From positions 60,001 through 92,000 of the forward strand of contig NZ_QLIR01000004.1 of NCBI RefSeq assembly GCF_003428155.1: a stretch of 32,000 bases of DNA, read 5' to 3'. The stretch is from Fastidiosibacter lacustris (GTDB lineage: Bacteria > Pseudomonadota > Gammaproteobacteria > Francisellales > Francisellaceae). The position numbers and the translations under genes were made by a program. Positions 1 through 7,854 of the stretch are shown here, one piece after another. Under the pieces are notes generated by a model. That model searched no databases and was not told the origin of the DNA. It saw only the letters and a program-made list of their open reading frames with translations. Within the stretch, counting starts at the first letter, position 1, and each line of letters starts with the position of its first letter.

Positions 1-705
1 AAAAAGCAACAGCTTGAGAGAGCCGAGACTGCTGCCAACAATATTATACACATTGCTTACACAATTGGTGATGCGATTTATGAGCCAATGGCGATGATTC
101 AAATGTCTTCAACAACTTCAGAGCAAGATAATTACAAGAAACAGGCAAATGATATTAAGGAAGCATGGAAAAAGGAGAGTCGAATGATAAATGGTGAAAT
201 AACTTTAAAACAATTTTATCAGACAGATAACTTATCCGCTGTATGCGGGATAACACATCCCCCTGTCTCATCAAACATAACATTTCCATCTTGTCTTGAA
301 GCGAATAAGCCTCATAATAGATTTAGCCAAAATAATGGTAATTTCTTTTGTCAATGTACAAGTCAACAGATTGAAAAATTTCCATTCCTTAACATGGATG
401 GAAATGTTTTCATGCAGCCAATAGGTCTGGCTAATAATGAAACACCGAAATCCGTGTTATTACGTGTGCCTTATCCTGAGCGTGGCGGTAAAGTGGACAC
501 AGGACTCGCTCTAAGAATGATAGCGTATTTAAAGAAAAACCTAATTCACACGCCAGGGTCTAAGTTTGCAATTTGTGCAGGGAAATTAAAAAAAACAGGG
601 ATGACGCGTACTGAGTTTAGGTGTAAGGATGATATTGAATCAAATGATGTACTTGATCCTAGTGTTGTCGATCAGTTTATTTATATCGATATTGCAAGAA
701 GGTAA
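1..705 (+). CDS. hypothetical protein, 5' end outside window
   Basis: Frame 1 is open from nt 1 (KKQQLERAETAANN...) through the listed 88..705 ORF to the stop at 703-705, so the gene probably starts upstream of the window. No recognisable motifs. Lies directly upstream of the pil block on the same strand. Confidence 0.4.
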   Translation, partial: KKQQLERAETAANNIIHIAYTIGDAIYEPMAMIQMSSTTSEQDNYKKQANDIKEAWKKESRMINGEITLKQFYQTDNLSAVCGITHPPVSSNITFPSCLEANKPHNRFSQNNGNFFCQCTSQQIEKFPFLNMDGNVFMQPIGLANNETPKSVLLRVPYPERGGKVDTGLALRMIAYLKKNLIHTPGSKFAICAGKLKKTGMTRTEFRCKDDIESNDVLDPSVVDQFIYIDIARR

Positions 706-712
706 AAACAAT

Positions 713-1393
713 ATGAATAAGAAAATTAATTATAAGCTAAAGTGTTTTATTAGCTTCCCAGTACTTTTATGCACGGCTATGTTGCCTTATCAACTTGCTG
801 TGGCAAATAAATTAGCAGTAGATGATCACTTTAAGCTGTTAAACCCTTATTGTATTTCAGATAAAGCTTGTGCTGATGCTGATCTTACGAAAACACATGG
901 TATGGCTAAGATTTCTTCTGATGATGAATATAATGGTTTTGCACTCATTGTGGCTGACAATTTATTAGATCAGACGTTTTCTAGCAAACAGGTATATCAG
1001 ATTTTTAGCCAAGAAAACAATGATTATGCCATAAGTATTAATCTAGACGATAAAACAGTTGCGATTGCTAAAACACAAAAAGAAGCTGATTTACTAGCAA
1101 TGTGCCCAAGACAATTATTTTATGCCGAACAAGGGCAAACTTTAAAACAGACAGTTGAACGATGGGCCTCTTATCAAGGTATTAAAGTGATATGGGAAGC
1201 ATCTGTTGATTATAAGCTTGCCGCTTCGGCACAGTTTGAGGGACAACTGTTAGCAAAAAATGGAGCATTAAACAATTTGCTAAAAGCATTTGAAGATGCT
1301 GATCATCCACTGGAAGCACAGTTAAAGACAAATAACGTTTTGCTAATTAAAGCAAAATCATATTCTGCAAACATGGTCGTCATGCAAAAGTAG
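713..1393 (+). CDS. pilL: type IVb pilus PilL/TcpQ-like periplasmic accessory protein
   Basis: ATG at 713 preceded by AAGAAGG. N-terminal signal-like segment MNKKINYKLKCFISFPVLLCTAMLPYQLAVA. The C-terminal segment GQTLKQTVERWASYQGIKVIWEASVDYKLAASAQFEG matches, from memory, the TcpQ/PilL C-terminal domain pattern (G.TL...L..WA...G..L.W......D.......F.G). Sits immediately upstream of the secretin gene, as in R64/PAPI-1 pil clusters. The 629 start in the ORF track overlaps the upstream gene and lacks a signal peptide. Confidence 0.55.
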   Translation: MNKKINYKLKCFISFPVLLCTAMLPYQLAVANKLAVDDHFKLLNPYCISDKACADADLTKTHGMAKISSDDEYNGFALIVADNLLDQTFSSKQVYQIFSQENNDYAISINLDDKTVAIAKTQKEADLLAMCPRQLFYAEQGQTLKQTVERWASYQGIKVIWEASVDYKLAASAQFEGQLLAKNGALNNLLKAFEDADHPLEAQLKTNNVLLIKAKSYSANMVVMQK

Positions 1394-1408
1394 TTAAGGT
1401 TGTGGATA

Positions 1409-3025
1409 ATGAAAAACAATAAAAAGATATTACGTGTGTTGCTGTTGAGTAGCTTGATGCTATCGATGGCTGGTTGTAGCACTGCTATATATAAAACTGT
1501 TGATGAAAATGCAGATGCGAATATTGAGAAAACTAAGGCAATGATGTCAAACTTGAAAAAGCCAAAATCAGAGAGTTTTGTGACGATTAGTGATGAGCCT
1601 TACGTTCAAGGAGATTTAATTGATATTCAAGCACAAAACGCCTTGCCTGAAATATTTCAACGGTCATTTGCTTATAACAATACAGCAACAGGAGTAACAC
1701 TTGAAACGCTGATAGCAAAAATACAGCGAATTACTCAATCTAAGGTTGTTTTTTCGGAAGGTGCTATTGAGTATATTTCTCAGCGAGAACATCTAGCGAT
1801 GCCAGAGTCTGATATGCTAAAAAAAGAGCAGGTAGCGTATGAGATGTCGGATATTCATGATGTGATGATTCATTGTGACTATGATGGCAATATTGCCGGA
1901 TTTTTAGATTACTTTGCTTTTAAGCTTGGCATTTTTTGGAAGTATGATCAAAGTAGAAATACAGTTGAATTTTTTAGAATGGAAACAAAGACATTCCATG
2001 TTGATATTTTGACTGACAAGATTAAGACAACAGCGAAAGTCGGTAGTAACTCCAATACAGGGGTTAATCAATCTGCATCACTTCAAACTGAAAACCAAGC
2101 AGAATATGACAATCCTTGGGCAGCAGTGATTAAAACTATTAAATCTATTATTGGTAAATTGGGTACTGTGGATGAAAACTCGACACTTAACCTAATCACG
2201 GTAAAGACAACGCCACTATTAATGCGTCAAGTATCTCAGTATTTAGAAGAAATTAACCGTACAGCCAGAAAGAAAGTAGTGATTAGACTAGATGTCTATG
2301 ATGTAGATCAGAAAAATTCTTCTGGTTATGGTTTTAATTGGGATGCTGTATATAAAGCAACAAGTGGTAAAATTTCTTGGAACACTCCGACATTAACTGA
2401 TAACATTACTGGAATTAGTAATTATGGTACCCTAACAGGTGCTATTTCTTCAGGACCTTGGAGTGATTCGAAATTAATTATCAACGCTTTGCAAACGATT
2501 GGTAAAACAACACACGTGACAGGAACAACGCTTTATACGGTTAGTGGTCGTCCTGTGCCTATTCAAGTATCAACGACAACGGCTTATATTAAAAAAGTGG
2601 ATGTTGTGGTCACGGCAAGTGGCAGTGGACCAGGAGCTGTGCAACGATCAGTAACGCCTGGTGAATACACTGAAGGTTATGAAATCAAAGTCTTGCCGAT
2701 TGTTGTCAAAGGCAATGAAGTACTGGTTGATTTAAGTGTTAATTTAACGAATTTGGTACGTATGGATGAATCACAAGTTCCTGTGGATGGTAGTACACAG
2801 CCACAGACGATTAAATTGCCGTCAATACGTAATAAAAGTTTTATGCAATCTGTGCCGCTAAAGTCCGGACAAACCGTGATTTTGGCTGGTTTTGAAGACA
2901 CTAAAGATAACGCACAAACCGATAGCATTGGACCTAAAAGTACTTGGATGTTAGGTGGTTCACAAGCAGCTATAAACAACTCGACGATTACCGTTATTGT
3001 TGTAACGCCTTATTTAATACGTTAG
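1409..3025 (+). CDS. pilN: type IVb pilus secretin lipoprotein (PilN-like)
   Basis: ATG at 1409 after AAGG. Lipobox LSMAGC|S in MKNNKKILRVLLLSSLMLSMAGCS. The C-terminal third has secretin-domain character (GQTVILAGFEDTKDN...ITVIVVTPYLIR). Size of about 540 aa and position match R64 PilN. Confidence 0.8.
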   Translation: MKNNKKILRVLLLSSLMLSMAGCSTAIYKTVDENADANIEKTKAMMSNLKKPKSESFVTISDEPYVQGDLIDIQAQNALPEIFQRSFAYNNTATGVTLETLIAKIQRITQSKVVFSEGAIEYISQREHLAMPESDMLKKEQVAYEMSDIHDVMIHCDYDGNIAGFLDYFAFKLGIFWKYDQSRNTVEFFRMETKTFHVDILTDKIKTTAKVGSNSNTGVNQSASLQTENQAEYDNPWAAVIKTIKSIIGKLGTVDENSTLNLITVKTTPLLMRQVSQYLEEINRTARKKVVIRLDVYDVDQKNSSGYGFNWDAVYKATSGKISWNTPTLTDNITGISNYGTLTGAISSGPWSDSKLIINALQTIGKTTHVTGTTLYTVSGRPVPIQVSTTTAYIKKVDVVVTASGSGPGAVQRSVTPGEYTEGYEIKVLPIVVKGNEVLVDLSVNLTNLVRMDESQVPVDGSTQPQTIKLPSIRNKSFMQSVPLKSGQTVILAGFEDTKDNAQTDSIGPKSTWMLGGSQAAINNSTITVIVVTPYLIR

Positions 3026-3044
3026 GGGCTATGGAGAAGTTAAT

Positions 3045-4490
3045 ATGATCATTCATATAAATAATAACCATTATTTGATAGGACTGACGTGGCTGATGCT
3101 TGAAACAGAAAGTGCAATGATGCAAGAGTTTGAGCGTATGCATTGTGATGGCTTTCTTGTCGATACTAAGCGCGGAATTGCTGCGGGGGTGTCGCCTGAT
3201 TTATCTTTAAACAAAAATGATGTAATTGGTGCTATATCACTTGCTGCTGTGGTAAGTGAGTTATCAAAAGATGCTATTTATGTTTTCCCTTTGGCGAGTA
3301 AAAGTGGCGAATATACAGGAAAATATTGGTTGTGTTCTATTAAAAATGGCATTGTTTTGCCAACAGCATTACTTCCCGTTACTAAAGAAATAGAGTCTAA
3401 GATCTCTACTGTTAACCAATCACACGACCATATTCAACTATCAGGGGATATGATCGTTGATGAGGGGTCTTTGCATAGATTTTTGTTATATTTAGAGAAA
3501 GTTTTTTCATCAAATATATTTAGGCAAGTTTTACATTGTGATAAGGATAGTAGTGCCTTTTTTATCAATAAAATAGAATCAGATTTTGGAATTGACAGAA
3601 CAGCTATTAAAAAAAGCTCTTTAACTGAACTGCTTCTTAATGTGCCAGATCAACAACGATTTTGTATTAAACCATTGCTTAAAAATATTAAAAAGATAGC
3701 GCCAAAAAAAGGCACTGCTAATAAAAAAAGTCTTCCTATGTCACGGCGTAAGCTGATTGGATATGGAGTTTTATTATTATCATTGATGGTAGGTGGTTAC
3801 ATGTATTTTTTTAATGATTCGCCTTCCCAGCTTTCAGCTATAAAAGGAGAAGATAAGATTAAAAAGCAGCAAGAAAAAGAAGAATTTTTTAACAAAATAA
3901 ATAGTGAAATTAACAATAAGAATGCATATCCACTTATTATTAAATTTATTAATGCTATTAGCAATTTGCCTGTTTCTATTTTACAGTGGCATATCCAGAA
4001 AGTTTATTATGATGCTAGTGTATCGGATACTGTTGATGCTACTTATGTTTTATCTAGTAAAGATCATATTGTTTCACTGACTCAAGCGTCATTTAACAGT
4101 ATTCAATCATTGCAAGTAGCCTCAGTAACCGCTATAGCTGATAATATAACCAGTGCTCGTTTTAAGTTTATTTCTGATAAAAATACTTCAAAAGATCAAT
4201 CAACGTTTAACTTAAACAGTGCGGGACCCAAAGGTCATTATCGTTTTGATAAATTTATTGAAGAACTAAAACTCAGGGGGATGAACTTTAACTTGGCAAA
4301 AGCTCAGGTGTTGTCTTATGAGCTTCGCAAACACCCATTAACCATTTTAGGTCAGGGAATGCGGGAGCTTTTGTCGATAGCAGCAATGGCAAAAGAGCTT
4401 AATACATTTGTTTTAGTAAGTGTTGAAATACAAAATCATCAAAATACACCCATATCATGGGTTGTTAAAGGAGAGGTATATGAAGCATAG
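3045..4490 (+). CDS. pilO: type IVb pilus assembly protein PilO-like (bitopic inner membrane)
   Basis: 481 aa with one central TM segment (LIGYGVLLLSLMVGGYMYFF) preceded by a basic stretch (KKGTANKKSLPMSRRK). Lies between the secretin and PilP/PilQ, as PilO does in R64-type clusters. The assignment rests mainly on synteny and size. Confidence 0.5.
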   Translation: MIIHINNNHYLIGLTWLMLETESAMMQEFERMHCDGFLVDTKRGIAAGVSPDLSLNKNDVIGAISLAAVVSELSKDAIYVFPLASKSGEYTGKYWLCSIKNGIVLPTALLPVTKEIESKISTVNQSHDHIQLSGDMIVDEGSLHRFLLYLEKVFSSNIFRQVLHCDKDSSAFFINKIESDFGIDRTAIKKSSLTELLLNVPDQQRFCIKPLLKNIKKIAPKKGTANKKSLPMSRRKLIGYGVLLLSLMVGGYMYFFNDSPSQLSAIKGEDKIKKQQEKEEFFNKINSEINNKNAYPLIIKFINAISNLPVSILQWHIQKVYYDASVSDTVDATYVLSSKDHIVSLTQASFNSIQSLQVASVTAIADNITSARFKFISDKNTSKDQSTFNLNSAGPKGHYRFDKFIEELKLRGMNFNLAKAQVLSYELRKHPLTILGQGMRELLSIAAMAKELNTFVLVSVEIQNHQNTPISWVVKGEVYEA

Positions 4491-4971
4491 AATGATACGC
4501 TGTGCGTTGTTTTTTGTTGCACTAAACTCGGCAGTAGCAATGGCTTATACACAAACAAATTCATCGCAAACGTATGCAATTGATTCAACACAGGAATATT
4601 ATAAGAGTATTCAAGCGCAAGATCATTTGCATGCACAGATTGAACAGCAAGCACTTGAGAATAAAGCCATGCAGCAAAAGATAGATAGTTATAAATTGCA
4701 AAGGCAGCTTGCTGCCATTGGCAAATCGAAAGCATCATTAAGTGGAGCTTCGGCTAAGCAAGGTGACTATAGTATTGAAGTTGCTGAAGTATCAAAAGAA
4801 GATGGCATTTGGGAAGCAGTGATTTGGTATCATGCCAAAAAACATGAGCTTAAGGTTGGTGATATGCTGGAGGGTCGTTATAAAGTCGCTTCAATTAATG
4901 CCAATAAAGTGATACTCCTTGATGCTACAAGTCTTGATAAAGAGAGATACTTGACGATTGATGTTGGCTAA
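4480..4971 (+). CDS. pilP: type IVb pilus PilP-like periplasmic protein
   Basis: ATG at 4480 with AAAGGAGAGG 5-13 nt upstream, overlapping the pilO stop by 11 nt (translational coupling). Signal peptide MKHRMIRCALFFVALNSAVAMA. About 160 aa with a coiled-coil-like Q-rich centre. The call is based on position. Confidence 0.5.
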   Translation: MKHRMIRCALFFVALNSAVAMAYTQTNSSQTYAIDSTQEYYKSIQAQDHLHAQIEQQALENKAMQQKIDSYKLQRQLAAIGKSKASLSGASAKQGDYSIEVAEVSKEDGIWEAVIWYHAKKHELKVGDMLEGRYKVASINANKVILLDATSLDKERYLTIDVG

Positions 4972-4996
4972 ATTTAGTTAGGATGTAAAAGTATTT

Positions 4997-6625
4997 ATGA
5001 GTAGCAAATATCAAACAGTAGGCGATATTTACGGCAATATCTATCAGCCACAAAGTACCGGTGCGTATAAGCATATTGGTTCACTAAATGAGTTAGACTT
5101 TAGTATTCAAAAAGTAATTAGTGAGTCGATTAGAAAAGAACAATACGTTTTTGCTAAGGCACTCAAAGATGGTCGTCAAGAGATTATCGTAGCCTTTATT
5201 TCAACAGACGTACCTGAAGCACGCTATGAACATATTAAAAAACAAGTAAAGAGTTACGTTAAAGGCGATATACCGATTGTTGTCCAGCCAGTTTCCCCCC
5301 TATTGTTAGATGATGTTATTGCGTTAGCATCAGAAGATGAAATTGATACAGGCATTTTAAGTGAATTTTATAACATTGTGAAAGAGGCGGTAGACAACCA
5401 TGCCTCAGATATCCATATTGAAGCAACTGCCACAAAGGTTGAATTAAAGCATCGCATTAATGGTTTGGTATATTTACATAAAGAATATGATGCGGATGTG
5501 ATGCTTAAGGTGCTTCGTGCTATTTATAACACCAAAGGACATTATGGTACAGTTGATAAACAACTAGATTTATACAATAAAGCACAGCAAGCAGTAATTG
5601 ATCAAAATATTGCTGGCATGGTATATCGACTAAGGTTCCAAAGTACTCCTTTATATCCTTATGGTTATAATGTTGTTATGCGTGTATTATCGATGGGTAA
5701 AAAACAAAGCCAAACGATAAATTCATTAGGTTATTCCTCTCAACAAGTTGAATTAATAGATAAAGCCTTGACTGCACCGGAAGGAGTGATTATTTTTTCT
5801 GGTGAAACTGGTTCGGGGAAAAGTACCTCTTTGTCAGTGGTATTGAAATTAATGGTTGATCGCAGTCGTCGACAGAAAAAAATCCTTACAATCGAGTCAC
5901 CTCCTGAGTATATTATTGATGGTGCTTGCCAAATTCCTGTTCATGAAACGGCAGATGATACAAGTCAGATGACATTAGAAAAGTTTAATCATACTTTTAA
6001 AGCAGCAATGCGGCTTGATCCTGATGTTATTATGGCAGGAGAAATTCGTGATCGCTCATCTGCGGCATTGTTGCAACAGGCAGTGCAATCGGGGCATAAG
6101 GTGCTAACAACATTACATGCGCAAAATGCTTTTTTATGTATTGATCGTTTAATGGGAATTGGTATTGATAGAGATGTTTTATTATCACCTAAATTTTTAT
6201 CGCTGATTGTTCACCAAACCCTTATTCCAATTGTATGTCCTCGGTGTGCTTGGAGTTATGATAAATATCAATCCATATATCCTGATTGTCAGATATTGCA
6301 AAGGTTGCAAAATATTAATCGCTATTATGGTAATGATGACCATCGGTTAGCCGATGTGCATTTTGCCAACCCAGATGGATGTATTCACTGTGATCATAAA
6401 GCGGCGATTGGTCGCGAGGTGGTGGCTGAAATATTAGCACCAACGGAGAAAATATTAGAAAAAATTAATTTAGGTAAGCATCAACAAGCAAGAGAAATAT
6501 GGCATCAAAATGGTGGTAAAACGATTAGCTACCATGCCTTTGAAAAAGTGTTATCAGGTTTGCTTTGCCCTGTTATTTATGAGTATAAAATGGGTCGCTT
6601 AGATCAGTTGGAGGGGGTTTTATGA
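4997..6625 (+). CDS. pilQ: type IV pilus assembly ATPase, GspE/PilB family (PilQ of R64 nomenclature)
   Basis: Walker A GETGSGKST (nt 5801-5827), Walker B/Asp box DPDVIMAGEIRD, His box GHKVLTTLHA, and a tetracysteine motif CPRC...CIHC typical of GspE-family ATPases. Confidence 0.9.
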   Translation: MSSKYQTVGDIYGNIYQPQSTGAYKHIGSLNELDFSIQKVISESIRKEQYVFAKALKDGRQEIIVAFISTDVPEARYEHIKKQVKSYVKGDIPIVVQPVSPLLLDDVIALASEDEIDTGILSEFYNIVKEAVDNHASDIHIEATATKVELKHRINGLVYLHKEYDADVMLKVLRAIYNTKGHYGTVDKQLDLYNKAQQAVIDQNIAGMVYRLRFQSTPLYPYGYNVVMRVLSMGKKQSQTINSLGYSSQQVELIDKALTAPEGVIIFSGETGSGKSTSLSVVLKLMVDRSRRQKKILTIESPPEYIIDGACQIPVHETADDTSQMTLEKFNHTFKAAMRLDPDVIMAGEIRDRSSAALLQQAVQSGHKVLTTLHAQNAFLCIDRLMGIGIDRDVLLSPKFLSLIVHQTLIPIVCPRCAWSYDKYQSIYPDCQILQRLQNINRYYGNDDHRLADVHFANPDGCIHCDHKAAIGREVVAEILAPTEKILEKINLGKHQQAREIWHQNGGKTISYHAFEKVLSGLLCPVIYEYKMGRLDQLEGVL

Positions 6626-7755
6626 TAATATCTTCATTAAAATCAATGATTTTACGCTTGCGTGGAGTGCGTGAAAGTAAAAAGCAGGATACCTCCAAAA
6701 AGTACAATATGTTAATGGTTTTTGTTTTACGTCTATTTTTTTCTAACCGTGTGCGTGCATCATTGTATCAAAATATTATTTTGGTGATGAGTAACAGCAG
6801 CTTGAGTATCTATGGAACACTGGTGGCATTAAAGGAAAAATATCAATATTATCGATCATTTAACAATAAAGTTTTGGCAACAATTTTACAAGATTGGATT
6901 ACTAAAATTGAATACGATGGTATGACGTTTGATGAAGCGATTAAGCCTTATATTCCAGAAAATGAACATATGATGATTAAGGCAAACTTTGATAATCCGA
7001 TCAATGCGCTTGATTATGCTAGCTCACTCACTCAAAAGTTTGCCTTGTTAGCCAAGAAAATTGCCATCGGTATGATTATGCCAACAATTTCAATATTAGT
7101 TTTAATTGGTGTTATTGTTGGTTGTTCATTAAAGGTAATTCCGATGTTATTGGAATCGTTACCAAAAGAGAACTTATCAGGAAACATAGCAGATTTTATT
7201 GCGTTAAACGATTATATTACAGGTCATACTTGGCATATTATTTTGCTTGCTATTGTACTTTTTATTATGCTTCCTATTATTGTTAAGCGTTGGACTTTTA
7301 ATATACGTTACCATTTGTTTGATAAATTATGGGGATTTGCTGAGTATAAAAGAATACAGGCAACAAGTGTCCTTATTTCCTTAGCATCATTACTTAGCTC
7401 AGGAAAGAGCTTTAACATGGCATTTATGTTAATTGAAAATAACTGCTCTCATTACTTAAAGCAATATATTAGCAAGATTAGATTGATGATGTCACAAGAT
7501 GGAGTTTCTGCTGGACGTGCTTTAGCAAGTGTTAACCTTTTTAACAACAATACATCATTGCTTTTGGATATTTACACCGATACAGGTGCAATTGAACAAG
7601 GGTTACTTGCATTAAGTGAGCGTGTATTGGAAACGGAGATTGAAGCAATTGTAACAAAAATGAAGATGATTGGTTTTATTATCTTAAGTTTATCAATGAG
7701 CTATATTGGCTTTTTTTATTTCTCAGTTGCTACTTTGTCAGACAGCATGAAATAA
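6622..7755 (+). CDS. pilR: type IV pilus inner-membrane platform protein, GspF/PilC family (PilR of R64 nomenclature)
   Basis: ATGA overlap with the pilQ stop. 377 aa polytopic protein with about 3 hydrophobic segments separated by two soluble repeats, which is the size and architecture of GspF/PilR. Follows the ATPase, as in all R64-type clusters. Confidence 0.75.
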   Translation: MIISSLKSMILRLRGVRESKKQDTSKKYNMLMVFVLRLFFSNRVRASLYQNIILVMSNSSLSIYGTLVALKEKYQYYRSFNNKVLATILQDWITKIEYDGMTFDEAIKPYIPENEHMMIKANFDNPINALDYASSLTQKFALLAKKIAIGMIMPTISILVLIGVIVGCSLKVIPMLLESLPKENLSGNIADFIALNDYITGHTWHIILLAIVLFIMLPIIVKRWTFNIRYHLFDKLWGFAEYKRIQATSVLISLASLLSSGKSFNMAFMLIENNCSHYLKQYISKIRLMMSQDGVSAGRALASVNLFNNNTSLLLDIYTDTGAIEQGLLALSERVLETEIEAIVTKMKMIGFIILSLSMSYIGFFYFSVATLSDSMK

Positions 7756-7854
7756 ATTAGATTTTGGATACAAAACGGAATGCACGCTAACGCTTGGTCT
7801 AGGCATTAAATTGACTGTTTAGAGGGTATACAAATAACAAATTTGTTGTCCTTT

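Noticed and set aside
588-595. A8 run in the first ORF, plus other A/T homopolymers of 7-8 nt (for example 10056-10062, 15981-15987, 17874-17880), considered as additional phase-variation tracts.
   Set aside because: A/T runs of this length are expected by chance in DNA this AT-rich and are far less slippage-prone than the G10 tract. There is no specific reason to single them out.
629-712. Upstream extensions of ORF-track starts: 629 for pilL-like, 1400 (TTG) for pilN, 4420 for pilP, 23695 (GTG) for nusA, 13923 for the adhesin-like gene, 18314 for the chaperone and 12336 (GTG) for the last subunit.
   Set aside because: In each case an internal start has a better Shine-Dalgarno sequence. That start also places a signal peptide, or the conserved N-terminus in the case of NusA, at the very beginning. 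The longer forms overlap the upstream gene.
2677-2979. 100-aa minus-strand ORF inside the secretin gene. The same applies to the other antisense or out-of-frame ORFs in the track: 4439..4738, 9105..9305, 11296..11505, 12261..12494, 12685..12903, 13427..13624, 13673..13858, 16173..16400, 16947..17198, 20648..20869, 21032..21223, 21305..21499, 21640..21960, 22118..22321, 23433..23654, 23776..23967, 24867..25058, 25668..26030, 26963..27163, 28321..28512, 30008..30358 and 30210..30491.
   Set aside because: All are nested in, or overlap, much longer ORFs with clear homology or domain logic on the other strand or frame. They lack RBSs and have odd compositions (Cys/Ser/Phe/Ile-rich) typical of shadow ORFs.
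7756-7854. Possible bidirectional terminator between convergent pilR and the 629-aa gene (ACAAAT-aacaa-ATTTGT at 7830-7846).
   Set aside because: The stem is only 6 bp and entirely AT-rich, with no flanking U-tract. It is too weak to call.
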